Shown here: piece after piece, positions 49,632-59,986 of the stretch
Position numbering within the stretch: position 1 is the stretch's first letter
Layout of the letters: each line of letters begins with the position of its first letter
Assembly: GCA_031362565.1 (NCBI GenBank)
Contig: JANLSU010000121.1
Span: forward strand, 1-64,000
Length of the DNA stretch: 64,000 bases
DNA from: a bacterium
Lineage (GTDB): Bacteria > Krumholzibacteriota > Krumholzibacteriia > G020349025
Direction: 5' to 3'
Notes under the pieces: model-generated
Database searches by the model: none
Told to the model about the DNA's origin: nothing
Seen by the model: only the letters and a program-made list of their open reading frames with translations
Position numbers and translations under genes: made by a program

Positions 49632-50632
49632 AAGTTCTCTTCGTCAACGAGGCGGGCGTCCACGAACTGTTGACGATGCAAGCCTGCATTCCGCTCATGC
49701 ACAACACGCTGGTCGCACTCGCGAACGACAACGTCGTGTTGCCGCTCCGCACCAAAGTCCGACTGCCGGACGGCTCCGGTATTTTGGGTCTCATGCCCGG
49801 GTACCTAGGCGCACCGGAAAGCTTCGGCCTCAAGGTGGTGTCGGTGATGCCCGGCAACCATGGCACGCCCTACGACTCACACCAGGGCGTTGTCCTGTTG
49901 TTCGGAGTCAAGCACGGCGAGCCTTTGGCGATCCTCGACGCGACAGCGATTACAGCGATCCGCACCGCCGCGGCGTCGGCTGCGGCGACGCAGGCCCTGG
50001 CCCGCCCGGAGGCCGGCGATCTGGCGCTCTTGGGATCGGGCGCTCAGGCGCGGACGCACCTCGCAGCGATGCAATGCGTGCGCACGCTGCGCCGGGTGCG
50101 GGTGTGGAGCCGGAGCCGGGCGAACGCCGAGCGCTTCGCGCGGGAAGAGGGCGAACGCCGCGGGCTTGCGATCGAGGTCGCGGCGAGTGCCGCCGAGGCA
50201 TTGCACGGTGCGGATCTCGTCTGCACGACGACCGCGGCGCGCGAACCGATTCTGCGCGGCGAGTGGCTCGCGCCGGGCACGCATGTGAACGCCGTCGGCG
50301 CCTGCTTCTCGAACAGCCGCGAACTCGATACGGAAGCCGTTCGGCGGGCGCGCTTCTTTACCGATTGTCGCGAGTCGTGCTTGAACGAATCCGGTGATTT
50401 CTTGCTCGCCCGCGCCGAGGGCGCCATCGATGACGCGCATCTCTTAGGTGACCTGGGCGAAGTGTTTCTCGGCAAAGTTCCGGGGCGCGTGTCGCGCGAC
50501 GACGTCACGATCTTCGAATCCTTGGGCGTCGCAATCGAGGACCTCGCCGCGGCGCACTTCATTCATCGGCGCGCGGTCGAGACCGGCGGCGGCACCTGGC
50601 TCGAATGGGGCGGCCCGCCGGGCAGCGCATGA
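49628..50632 (+). CDS. Ornithine cyclodeaminase / mu-crystallin family protein
   Basis: GLMPGY, GLKVVSV, ITAIRTAA, GSGAQA, HVNAVG, FESLGVAIEDL. Confidence 0.93.
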   Translation: MKVLFVNEAGVHELLTMQACIPLMHNTLVALANDNVVLPLRTKVRLPDGSGILGLMPGYLGAPESFGLKVVSVMPGNHGTPYDSHQGVVLLFGVKHGEPLAILDATAITAIRTAAASAAATQALARPEAGDLALLGSGAQARTHLAAMQCVRTLRRVRVWSRSRANAERFAREEGERRGLAIEVAASAAEALHGADLVCTTTAAREPILRGEWLAPGTHVNAVGACFSNSRELDTEAVRRARFFTDCRESCLNESGDFLLARAEGAIDDAHLLGDLGEVFLGKVPGRVSRDDVTIFESLGVAIEDLAAAHFIHRRAVETGGGTWLEWGGPPGSA

Positions 50633-51639
50633 CGTCCAACACGCCGTACGCGCTTCTGACGCCTTCGCTGGCGGACATTCAGGCGGCGCGGCAGCGCATC
50701 GCGGGTATGGCGTTGCGAACCCCATTGATTCGGCTCGCGCCGCAGGCCGGCGAGCCGGAAATCTGGCTCAAGCTCGAGACACTGCAGCCCATCGGTTCTT
50801 TCAAGATTCGTGGCGCCGCGAGCGCTTTGGGTCTCGTGCCGCGCGCCGACTTGGCGCGCGGCGTGTACACGGCGAGCGCCGGCAATATGGCGCAGGGTGT
50901 CGCGTGGTGGGCGCGCGAAACCGGCGTACCGTGCACGGTCATCGTTCCCGACACCGCACCCGCCGCCAAGCTCGATGCCATCACGCGCCTCGGCGCGCGG
51001 CTCGTGCCGGTGCCATTCGAACGCTGGTGGCAAGTTCTGGTCGAACGCCGCTACGACGGGTTGGAAGGTTATTTCGCCCACCCCGTGAGCGACCCGGCGG
51101 TTATCGCCGGCAACGCCACCATCGGACTCGAAATCTTGGAAGACTTGCCGCATGTCGCGAGCGTCTACGTGCCGTTCGGCGGCGGCGGATTGTCGTGCGG
51201 TATTGCAGCTGCGCTCCGCGCTTCACGGTCCGGCGCACCGACCTTTGCCTGCGAAGTCGAAACCGCCGCACCACTCGTCGCCGCACTCGCGACCGGCGCG
51301 CCGTGCGCCATCGACTACCAACCGAGTTTCGTCGACGGAATCGGCGGCCGGAGTGTGCTGCACGAAATGTGGCCGTTGGCGTCAACGCTTCTCGCCGGCA
51401 GTTGTGTCGTCAGCCGCGATGAAATCGCCGCCGCAATTCGCAGCCTCGTCGCGCGCGCCCGCACCGTGGCCGAAGGCGCTGGAGCCGCTGCGCTCGCCGC
51501 CGCGCTTACCGGACGCCCGGCCGCCGGCGCCATGGGCGCCACAGTCACGCGCCCCGATGGCCCCATCGTCTGTGTCGTCTCCGGCGGCAACTTGGACCCC
51601 GCCAAGCTCGCAGCCGTGCTCGAAGGCCGCGTGCCCTGA
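50629..51639 (+). CDS. Second PLP-dependent threonine/serine dehydratase-like enzyme
   Basis: KLETLQPIGSFKIRGA, SAGNMAQ, PFGGGGL, SGGNLD. Confidence 0.92.
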   Translation: MTSNTPYALLTPSLADIQAARQRIAGMALRTPLIRLAPQAGEPEIWLKLETLQPIGSFKIRGAASALGLVPRADLARGVYTASAGNMAQGVAWWARETGVPCTVIVPDTAPAAKLDAITRLGARLVPVPFERWWQVLVERRYDGLEGYFAHPVSDPAVIAGNATIGLEILEDLPHVASVYVPFGGGGLSCGIAAALRASRSGAPTFACEVETAAPLVAALATGAPCAIDYQPSFVDGIGGRSVLHEMWPLASTLLAGSCVVSRDEIAAAIRSLVARARTVAEGAGAAALAAALTGRPAAGAMGATVTRPDGPIVCVVSGGNLDPAKLAAVLEGRVP

Positions 51640-51856
51640 AGCCACCGCCCGCGTCCATCCGTGCCAACATCCGTGTTTCCACGGAACCGGCCGTCTCTCG
51701 ACGATCGCGCTGCGAGTTTTCTTGCGTTCCCGAGCACCAGTGGTACTCTGAATGCGCTTCCGGCCATCCCGTTTTCGCGTCCGGCGCGCCATCCATCCAT
51801 GGATTGGGCCGGCGTCGCTGACGCATTCGTTTGGTCACAGGAATTGGAGGGTCGAG

Positions 51857-52828
51857 ATGTCGCGATCGGATTCGATGCGTTGGTTGGCTCGCCTGGCGGT
51901 CTTTTGCGTCGTTGCGCTGGGGAGAGCCGCATTGAGTGACGCAGCACCCCTGGACACGTTCGCACCGGAAACCTACAACGTCGATAAGTGCATTCCGCCG
52001 GTCTCCAACCTCAGGTACTACAAGAGCGCTCCCGGGCAGGAGCAGCTGCACCGGGCCCACCAGAAGTGGCAACAGGTTCTGGCACGGAAACCGAGCCATT
52101 GGCGGTTCACGAACTGTGCGCAGCCGTCGCACAAACCCAATTCGCTGGCTTCGGTCCACACCTTCAGCTCCCAGGTCGACTGCGAGATCTCGATCGACAA
52201 CGGGGGGAGTTTCTTGCCGATTTCGGCGCCGGCTCTGTGCACTGTTGTCGTGACGTTCAACCACGTGCTGGGAGACACCGAGTACTACGACAACGAGATG
52301 ATCCAACTCGATATCACGGGGTTACCGTTCGGGATGCTCGTTCGCGAGTCACCAACCATGGCGTCCATCGGCGTGACAACCATTCGGCCGTTTTCGACCG
52401 GCTACATGATCAGCAGCTTCTTCGACGTCTTCACCGAGCTGAGCATGAACGGTGGCGCCTCGTGGATTCCGTCGCGCGATGACGTGGGGGTGCCGCTGGC
52501 CGGTCATGTCGCACTTACGGGTGCCGACCCGACCGGGGTGGACGCGGAACTCTCCCGTCGCCAGTTCCTCTACGTTCCGAACCCACTGCAGCGTGGCGGT
52601 CCCATCCGCTACTCGGTCACACACGCGGGTCCGGTGCGGCTCGACGTGTTCGACGTTGGCGGCCGGCTGGTCGGTTCCCTGGTCGATGCGTCGCTTTCAG
52701 CCGGGGAACGGACGCACATCTGGACAGGCAACGATTTCCAAGGCCGCCCCCTCAGCAAGGGGATCTACCTCTTCCGGATGAAAACCGCGAACGCGACGAT
52801 GACGGGCAAAGCGGTCTACTCGCACTGA
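51857..52828 (+). CDS. Secreted 'SFFD' domain protein with C-terminal FlgD-Ig-like domain
   Basis: Signal peptide; YDNEMIQL, SIGVTTI, SSFFDVFTEL; tail PNP...VFDVGGR...WTGND..G..LSKGIY. Confidence 0.82.
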   Translation: MSRSDSMRWLARLAVFCVVALGRAALSDAAPLDTFAPETYNVDKCIPPVSNLRYYKSAPGQEQLHRAHQKWQQVLARKPSHWRFTNCAQPSHKPNSLASVHTFSSQVDCEISIDNGGSFLPISAPALCTVVVTFNHVLGDTEYYDNEMIQLDITGLPFGMLVRESPTMASIGVTTIRPFSTGYMISSFFDVFTELSMNGGASWIPSRDDVGVPLAGHVALTGADPTGVDAELSRRQFLYVPNPLQRGGPIRYSVTHAGPVRLDVFDVGGRLVGSLVDASLSAGERTHIWTGNDFQGRPLSKGIYLFRMKTANATMTGKAVYSH

Positions 52829-53119
52829 CATCTGGTGCGGCAAGACCGGCGACGGCGGCGGGGTGGCGTAACGAACGAGCGTCTCGGCGTCACGGACTCG
52901 TGGCGCCGGGCAGGCCCCGCCGTCCAACGTCGATCAGAACCCTTGATGGTGGTTGCGGCTTGATGAAGGCGGCGTGGTGTTCGCTGCATGCTCCCGTCGG
53001 CCTTGACCCTCGCCCGGTGCATCCGTATACTCCGCCACACAGCCCCCACCGTCGGATCTTCGGATCGGCTCCGCGCCGTCTTGCCGCGGACGGTCGCCGT
53101 TTCGCCCTTGGAGAACATC

Positions 53120-54862
53120 ATGCAAAATCGCAACATCTGGGCTCTGGCCGCACTCCTCGCGGTCGCCGCGGCAACGACTGCCGTCGCTGGCGATCTCATT
53201 GTCGTGGACAAGCTGGACCGCAGATTCCCGACCGGCTACTGTCCATTCGAAACTCGGACATCGAACGGCCACTCCACCGCGATGGCGTTTACGCCGGGCG
53301 GCCCTGATGTTCATATCACAATGAACTTGCGCGGCTTCAACTCCTTCGGCCAACAGTTTCGCTTCCGGCTGGACAACATCGCGGTCGTGCGGAGCGACGC
53401 GTTTGCGGCACACAGCGGCGTTCCCCCGGTCGGTGGCACTGCCATCCATCCGTTCCACTGGGAGTTTTGCTATGAAGGGTTGCAGGACGCGCCGGCATTG
53501 TTTTTCGAGGGCCTGCCGCCGGCGGAGTTACCCTTCATCGAAACCTTCGACAGTTCCCCGGGAATTTTCACCCTGACGGGCGGCGCGTTTTACTTGTCCG
53601 GTGGGGATGGGCTGGATTGCGATAACAATCCCTATCCCAACGGCGGACCGCTGCCGTCTTCCGGGCAATTCGACGGGGGTGGCGCGCTGGCATTCTTCGC
53701 CGGAGGCTCGACCAGCTTCGACGTCACCGGCCTGATCCCCGGCACCGAATACCTGCTGCACGGCTGGTGGTATTCGTGTGCGGCGGACACTGCGGCGCTC
53801 GAAGTCACGGTGGAAGGCGCACTCCCGGCGCCAACCGGGCGCAGCCTGTTGGCATTGAATGACGTCGGTCAAACCAGCGGCGTCGATCAGTTGGTCCGGA
53901 TTCCGGATCCCGTGACCGGCGTCGGCGCCCTCGTGGGCGCGCTCGGTTCACCGTTCGCTGACTGCGAGGCGCTCGCGGTATTGCCGCGCACCGGCACGGC
54001 GGACCGCCTGTTTGCAGTCGACAACGCACAGCTGCTGGAACTCGATCCCGCCACCGGCCATGGAACTGTGATCGGCCCGATTGGTTTCGCGGATGTCGAC
54101 GGCTTGGCCTTTCAGCCCGGCACCGAAACTCTGTATGGCGTCACCTACGGTTCCAACAAGCTCTTGCGCATCGACATCACGACCGGACACGGCACCGTGG
54201 TCGCGAACAACGTGCTGTCGGGCAAGCGGCTCGACGACATCGCGTTCCATCCGGATGGGCGAGCCTTCATCTTGACGGGCGGCACACCCCGCGTGACCCG
54301 GGTCGATCTTGCCACCGGCGCGCCTTTGCAGCAGTGGCTGCTGACTGGCGCGACAAGCCTCGAATCCCTCGTTTTCTCGCCGAACGGTTCGACGTTGTAC
54401 TCAGCCGGCGACAGAGGTACCACCAAGGACCTCGCCGTGATCGACCTCGCGACCAGCACGGTCGCTTTCGTCGGCACGCAATCGAGCGGATTCAGAGATA
54501 TCGAGGCGCTGGCGTGGATCAATGACCACACTGCGGCCTTGCTCGCACGCTGGGGCGCGCCGACCGATGTGGCGCCCGGATCGCCCAGCGCACACCTGCT
54601 ACAAATCGCGCCCAATCCGTTCAATCCCACCACGCAAGTAGAGTTCGAATTGGTGCGGTCGGGGCGCGTCGATCTCTCGGTGCATGACGTCGCCGGGCGC
54701 CTCGTCGACCGCCTGTTCGTGGGGCATTTGTCGGCGGGACGGCACACGCGAATCTGGCACGGCACGGGCATCGATGGGCGGCCCGTAGCCGCCGGGTTGT
54801 ACTACTGCACGTTGCGCTGGGACGCGGGACACGACACTCAGACGATGGTGTTGGTGAAGTAG
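53120..54862 (+). CDS. Secreted protein with beta-propeller-like repeats and C-terminal FlgD-Ig-like domain
   Basis: Signal peptide; repeats xDxxTGxG..IG..(D/E)xLA(F/W); PNPFNPTT...TMVLVK. Confidence 0.82.
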   Translation: MQNRNIWALAALLAVAAATTAVAGDLIVVDKLDRRFPTGYCPFETRTSNGHSTAMAFTPGGPDVHITMNLRGFNSFGQQFRFRLDNIAVVRSDAFAAHSGVPPVGGTAIHPFHWEFCYEGLQDAPALFFEGLPPAELPFIETFDSSPGIFTLTGGAFYLSGGDGLDCDNNPYPNGGPLPSSGQFDGGGALAFFAGGSTSFDVTGLIPGTEYLLHGWWYSCAADTAALEVTVEGALPAPTGRSLLALNDVGQTSGVDQLVRIPDPVTGVGALVGALGSPFADCEALAVLPRTGTADRLFAVDNAQLLELDPATGHGTVIGPIGFADVDGLAFQPGTETLYGVTYGSNKLLRIDITTGHGTVVANNVLSGKRLDDIAFHPDGRAFILTGGTPRVTRVDLATGAPLQQWLLTGATSLESLVFSPNGSTLYSAGDRGTTKDLAVIDLATSTVAFVGTQSSGFRDIEALAWINDHTAALLARWGAPTDVAPGSPSAHLLQIAPNPFNPTTQVEFELVRSGRVDLSVHDVAGRLVDRLFVGHLSAGRHTRIWHGTGIDGRPVAAGLYYCTLRWDAGHDTQTMVLVK

Positions 54863-54891
54863 CACGTACGGTGCGGTACGGCAAGCGCCGG

Positions 54892-57800
54892 TCAGTGGCG
54901 TGACGTGAGAATGAACGGCGCCCAGAAAAAGGGCGCGCTCCACTCCTTGCGGCTGCGGATGCGGCGCTTGGCATCGCGCAGCGCGCGGGCGGTTTCCGAG
55001 GCATCGGGATGCCGGCCCGAGGCGATGACGCCGCCCAAGAAACCGCCGACGAGAGTCGCAGTCGACTCATCTTCCACGGACCACAAGCTGGCCACCACCT
55101 GCTGGGCGCCTGCCGCCAAGAACCCCCGCGACAGTGCGTACACGCCTTCGCCGGCTACGTAGGTGCCGACACCTGTTTCGCAGGCGGACAACACCGCAAG
55201 GTCGCAGTCGAGCCGCAAGTCGTAGATCTCGAACAGCTGCAACCAGCCGTCCGCCGCAGTCTCGCGAGTGGGCTGCGCCGGAGGTGTGAGAACGATCCCC
55301 GCCAGCGATTGATCGCGCTTCGGGTCCACGATCCCATGTGTTGCGAGATGCAGATAACGTTTCCCCGGCAAGGCGCGGCGTACATTCGGCTCGGTGGCGT
55401 CCTTGCCCTGCAGGATGGTCATCGGCATGCGGCCGAGAGCGGCGCGTAACACCGCCGTTTCACGTGCAGTCGCCGGCAACGCCGCAAACGGCCCGTTGGG
55501 TGCAAATGCCGGTGCACTCACACTCAAGACTTCGGGCAGCGGGACGGGCGCGGCCGCATTCCCGCCACTGACGTCGGGCGCTCGTTCCGCAGTGCCGTTC
55601 CCCGGCGCGATCAACGACGCCCCCGAGAGTGCGTAACGAATCACCGGGCCGTCATCGAGCCAGTATCGCGGCGCCGTCGATGCGTCCTTGGCGGCGACCA
55701 CGAGTGCCTCGAATGGCAGCTGACACAACGCGCCGTCCGGAACAAGAATCGTCTCCGGCGCCCTCACGAGTTGATCCCACAACGGTGCCGGGATCAACAC
55801 CCGCCAAAGGTCGTACAGCGACTGACCCAGGCGCTCCGGCGGGGCAACGCCGTTCTTAGCGCCCACATCCGCCAACCGGCCGATTCCACGCACCCGCATC
55901 AAGCGTGACGCCAACGCGGTTGGATTGCCGCTGCCGAATGCACCGGATCCGGCAACGGCGGTCTCGAGTGCCGCCGCCGTCAACGGACCCGGCGCTACTC
56001 CCCAGGAACGCGCGACATCCGGCGGAATCGCCAGTTCCCACGCTTGTGGCTGTTGCGGCGGTGGCGGAATTGCGAACGCGTAGCTCGTTTCTGCGCCGAT
56101 TCGAAAGAGCACGATGCACCCTTGCGCCGGTGCCCGTGCAGCGATGCCAGCGACATGGATTTGCGCGCTCGACTCCGCAAGACGCGCCCGCCATGCCGGG
56201 CTTGCGCCCAGCAGACTCTCCTGTGCGCGCTCGAGGTCGCGTGCGGCAGTGTCACGCTCGATCTCGATCTGCGCGATCTGCCGGCGGCGCTCGTCGCCTT
56301 TCTGCGCCTGATTCTCCAGCAAACGCGCCAACCGGCGCTGTAGTTCGCCGAGTTGGGTGTGCGCGGCTGCAACCTGCGCCTCGAGCGCCGTACGCTCCGC
56401 GGCCGGCACGTCCGCCAATACGTCCATTTCCGCGCCTGCAACCCGGTCCAGGAATGCTCGCGCCCGCAATCGCTCCACGACTTCGATCGCGCGGCCGGTC
56501 TCGCCCAAAGACAAGCACCAGCGCACCATGGCATCGGCGTCATGCGAATGACCGGCGAGAAAGCGGACTCGACTCGCCTCGGCCGCGCCGCGCTTCGGGC
56601 GCAGCACCTCCACCTGATCGAGGGCGATCGCCATGGAACCCACCGCGGCCCGAAGGTCGCCGCGATCCGCCAGCAGGAAGGCGCGCGTGGCATGCGCTTC
56701 GATGCGGGCTTCGGGTTCGGCATGCGTCGCATCCAAGATGTCGCATGCACGCTTCAGGAGTTGGAGTGCCGGCGCATCGTGCCCGGCGCCGGAGGCATGA
56801 AGACAACGCGCCAGACCCGTCAATGTGAGCGCGACATCCGGATGGCTGGGGCCCAAGAGTTCCTCTCGGGTAGCGAGCGCCTGTTGATACAGCGATTCGG
56901 CGGCGGCAAAGTGCGCCTGTTTCGCCATCAGATCAGCCAGATCGTTGGCGGTCTGCGCGGCCAGTGAGGCCGGGCCTCCGGCACGGTCGAGTACGGCGAG
57001 TGCCTCGCGGTACAAGGATTCGGCGCGCTGCGGCGCACCTTGTTCGGCCCCATACACCGCGTTTTGGATGAGAAACCACACCAAAGCCGGATCATCCTTG
57101 CCGCGTGCACGGCGCGCCAGCCGCAGTGCTTCCGCGTATCGCGCCGCGGCTTCCTGGGAACGGTTCTGCAAGCGATACAGCTCCGCGAGGTTGAGATTGG
57201 CAGTGGCGAGAGCTGTGGAATCCGGTCTTGTAGCGTCAGCCCGCAGCCGCAACGACCGATCGAGCAGCGGCTCCGCGTCCGAATACCGCCCAAGGTCGCG
57301 GTAAAGCCCGGCGAGATTGTTCGTGGGCACCGCAAACCACGGGTCGTCGGGCGGAAAAAGATGTGCGCCGAGCGCGAGCGAGCGCTGCAGACACGATTCC
57401 GCGGCGGCATAGCGTGTTTCGATCCGCCGCAGTTCGCTGACATCACCCAGGAGGTTCGCCAAGCGAGTGGAATCAGGACTGGGCTGCACATCGACGGCGG
57501 CGAGTGCTGCCGCGAAGTGCGTTCCGGCGTCGCGGTACCGGCCGAGCTGCATTTGCAGAACGGCGAACTCATGCTGGGTGCGGGCGACTTGCGGATGCCT
57601 CGCCCCTAGGGCGTGGAGCCGGACCGCGAGGTCGCGTTCTTTATACGCTGCGGCGCGTTCGTACTCCCCGCGGTTGATGAAGACATTCGCCAGATTATTG
57701 CAACTCTTCGCAACGCTGACGTCCTCCGGGCCGAAACGTGCCTCGCGCAAGTGCAACCCGCGCAGAAACAAACCTTCCACGGGCCCCGCCGCTTCGGGGC

Positions 57801-58059
57801 CGGCGCCGGCCAATTTGGCCGCGAGTTTGTTCAGCGCGTCCACGAGTTGCAACGTGTCGGCTGCGAAGGTGCGTTCGTATGCCGCCTGAAGCACCGGTAC
57901 TTGCCGGACTGCGGTCTGGATTCGGCCGTGCGCCAGCAACGTATCGAACTGCGCGGTGAGCACGCTCACCGGTGGGCGCGACGGTGCCGCGGCGCCCGGC
58001 TTATCGGCCGCAAGAGCCGCTGGCACGAAAATCAACGTCAACAGCGCCGCACACCGCAC
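54892..58059 (-). CDS. Secreted TPR-repeat CHAT (caspase-like) protease
   Basis: Signal peptide; kinesin-light-chain-type TPRs; VPDGALCQLPFEAL, HLATHG (His), VLSACETG (Cys), PFFWAPF. Confidence 0.93.
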   Translation of the reverse strand: MRCAALLTLIFVPAALAADKPGAAAPSRPPVSVLTAQFDTLLAHGRIQTAVRQVPVLQAAYERTFAADTLQLVDALNKLAAKLAGAGPEAAGPVEGLFLRGLHLREARFGPEDVSVAKSCNNLANVFINRGEYERAAAYKERDLAVRLHALGARHPQVARTQHEFAVLQMQLGRYRDAGTHFAAALAAVDVQPSPDSTRLANLLGDVSELRRIETRYAAAESCLQRSLALGAHLFPPDDPWFAVPTNNLAGLYRDLGRYSDAEPLLDRSLRLRADATRPDSTALATANLNLAELYRLQNRSQEAAARYAEALRLARRARGKDDPALVWFLIQNAVYGAEQGAPQRAESLYREALAVLDRAGGPASLAAQTANDLADLMAKQAHFAAAESLYQQALATREELLGPSHPDVALTLTGLARCLHASGAGHDAPALQLLKRACDILDATHAEPEARIEAHATRAFLLADRGDLRAAVGSMAIALDQVEVLRPKRGAAEASRVRFLAGHSHDADAMVRWCLSLGETGRAIEVVERLRARAFLDRVAGAEMDVLADVPAAERTALEAQVAAAHTQLGELQRRLARLLENQAQKGDERRRQIAQIEIERDTAARDLERAQESLLGASPAWRARLAESSAQIHVAGIAARAPAQGCIVLFRIGAETSYAFAIPPPPQQPQAWELAIPPDVARSWGVAPGPLTAAALETAVAGSGAFGSGNPTALASRLMRVRGIGRLADVGAKNGVAPPERLGQSLYDLWRVLIPAPLWDQLVRAPETILVPDGALCQLPFEALVVAAKDASTAPRYWLDDGPVIRYALSGASLIAPGNGTAERAPDVSGGNAAAPVPLPEVLSVSAPAFAPNGPFAALPATARETAVLRAALGRMPMTILQGKDATEPNVRRALPGKRYLHLATHGIVDPKRDQSLAGIVLTPPAQPTRETAADGWLQLFEIYDLRLDCDLAVLSACETGVGTYVAGEGVYALSRGFLAAGAQQVVASLWSVEDESTATLVGGFLGGVIASGRHPDASETARALRDAKRRIRSRKEWSAPFFWAPFILTSRH

Positions 58060-58072
58060 CGCGAGATGCCTC

Positions 58073-59986
58073 CTAGTGTTGCACCGGATTCTCGAACTCC
58101 ACCTGCCGGACCCACACGCCTTCGACAACTTCAGCGGTTCGCGGCAACTGCGCCGCAAGGGCGGCGAGCCGGCCGTTGGAGTTCGGACCGGGGCCCGAAT
58201 CGCCAACCTCCTGCAGCGATCCAATGCCGCGTAACCGCAGCTTGCTGGCCTGGCTTAGCTGTGCATACTGCGCCGCGCCGCCGGATTCGGCGCGCGGGAG
58301 CGCGAGCAAATCGGCTTCGAATTCCGCAAGCCGTTGGGGGCTGGCCACCACGAGCAGGTGTTCCTTGCCGCCGGCGCTCGAAACCTCCCAGTCGACGAGC
58401 GTACCGCCGGCACGCCGGCCCGGCAGTTGGTGTTTGATGTCCGGTTTGAGTGGGTTCGCCGTCTCGAAACCGGGTAACGGGAAGAGCAAGTAGCATTCGC
58501 CACGCTCGTCCTCGTTTACAACATAGACGTAGACCGGTGCCGAACTCTGGATCTCGAGCGAGAGCCCATCCCCTGGCGCTACTTGGCCTCCCGGATCGAG
58601 CGCGGTGCGCGCGCCGGATCGCCGGCGCATGAAACCGGCCTCGACGCGATACCCGTCCGACACGGCCGGAATAGCAGACTGCCTCGGAAGCGCAGTCGCG
58701 CGCGGCGGCGTGCGAGCGGTGTCGCTTGCGGGACGTCGCAGTTGCAGAGCGAAAACGCCCGCAACAACCACGGCTGCCACCAAGCCGGCGACCAACACGG
58801 GACGGCGCCGGGGCAGACGTTCCCCGCTTGCCGGTTCCACAACGCCGGCGGTCGACGCGGCCGGCTGCATTTCTGCCGGCGCTTCGGCGTTCCCCGCCGC
58901 CGGTGCGATCCCGAGGGTGGCACCAAGGGCCCGCTCCATCTGTCCGGCAGACGCGAAGCGATGGGCTGGATCGGGCGCCAGCGCTGCCTCCACGACCTGC
59001 AGATAGGGTTCCGGAAGATCGGGCCGCACTTCACGCAGCAACGTCACTTGCCCCGCCGCATGCGCACGGCGGAGTTCGTCAACGGTGGCCGCTTCGACCG
59101 GGAATTGCGCCGTGACGAGATAATGCAGCAGCACGCCCAGCGCAAAGAGATCCGACTGCGGAGTGGCTGATGCGCCCTGCAAGACTTCGGGCGCCATGTA
59201 CACCGGAGTGCCGGCGATGTGCGGGCGTGTTCCCGGGTCTGGATTGCGCTCCCATCCGGTGCCGAAATCCATCAGCACAATGCGGCCGCCGTCTTCGCGC
59301 ATCACGTTGCGTGCCTTCACGTCCCGGTGGATGAGGCCGGCGCGGTGCACCGCCGTCAACGCACGACAAAGTTCTTGGCCAACAAGCGCCGCTTCCCGGG
59401 CTCCAAAGGGCCCGTGTTCGCGCACGAATGCGTCGAGCGTGCGGCCGCGCACAAATTCCATCCACAGCCCGACGCGGCCGTCATGTTGTTCGGCACCGTA
59501 CACCTGCACCACGTTGGGATGGCGGATACGCGCCAGATTGCGGGCCTCTTCCAGTGCCGCGCCCGCGCCGGTGCCAGGCGACGCGGAATCTTCCAGCTGC
59601 AAAAGCTTGAGAGCCACTTCCCGGCGTAGCGCCGTGTCCCAGGCGCGGTACACCTCGCCAAAGGCCCCGTTGCCGACGCGTTCGCAGAGCTCGAGATGAC
59701 CCCATACCGGCGGCACCGCGGCACCCGGATTGTCGGCGGTGCTGACCGCGGACGTGAGTCCGGCCGTGAGGGCCGCATCCGAAGCCAGGGCGGCTGTTGA
59801 TTCCGCTGTCGCTGGAGCGCCGCCGCCCGTGTGCCAAGCGGCAATTTCGCCGACGATGCGCAGTTGCTCGAGAATGCGGCGTTCGACGGCGGCTGGTGCC
59901 GTGTCCTCGAGCGCGCGCCGCCAATCGACCGGATCGCGATCTGAAACTCGCAGCGACAAATGCTGCAATGCGTCTTCAAACGCCAT
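58073..59986 (-). CDS. Membrane Ser/Thr protein kinase with extracytoplasmic DUF4384-like domain
   Basis: GNGAFGEV, VALK, HRDVKARN, DFG, GTPVYMAPE; TM; GDGLSL...YVYVVNEDERG...LLFP. Confidence 0.93.
   Translation of the reverse strand: MAFEDALQHLSLRVSDRDPVDWRRALEDTAPAAVERRILEQLRIVGEIAAWHTGGGAPATAESTAALASDAALTAGLTSAVSTADNPGAAVPPVWGHLELCERVGNGAFGEVYRAWDTALRREVALKLLQLEDSASPGTGAGAALEEARNLARIRHPNVVQVYGAEQHDGRVGLWMEFVRGRTLDAFVREHGPFGAREAALVGQELCRALTAVHRAGLIHRDVKARNVMREDGGRIVLMDFGTGWERNPDPGTRPHIAGTPVYMAPEVLQGASATPQSDLFALGVLLHYLVTAQFPVEAATVDELRRAHAAGQVTLLREVRPDLPEPYLQVVEAALAPDPAHRFASAGQMERALGATLGIAPAAGNAEAPAEMQPAASTAGVVEPASGERLPRRRPVLVAGLVAAVVVAGVFALQLRRPASDTARTPPRATALPRQSAIPAVSDGYRVEAGFMRRRSGARTALDPGGQVAPGDGLSLEIQSSAPVYVYVVNEDERGECYLLFPLPGFETANPLKPDIKHQLPGRRAGGTLVDWEVSSAGGKEHLLVVASPQRLAEFEADLLALPRAESGGAAQYAQLSQASKLRLRGIGSLQEVGDSGPGPNSNGRLAALAAQLPRTAEVVEGVWVRQVEFENPVQH

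Noticed and set aside
54892..58059. CRISPR-associated TPR-CHAT (Csx29/Craspase)
   Set aside because: No Cas7-11 or array; the protein has a signal peptide and sits in a kinase/ECF operon
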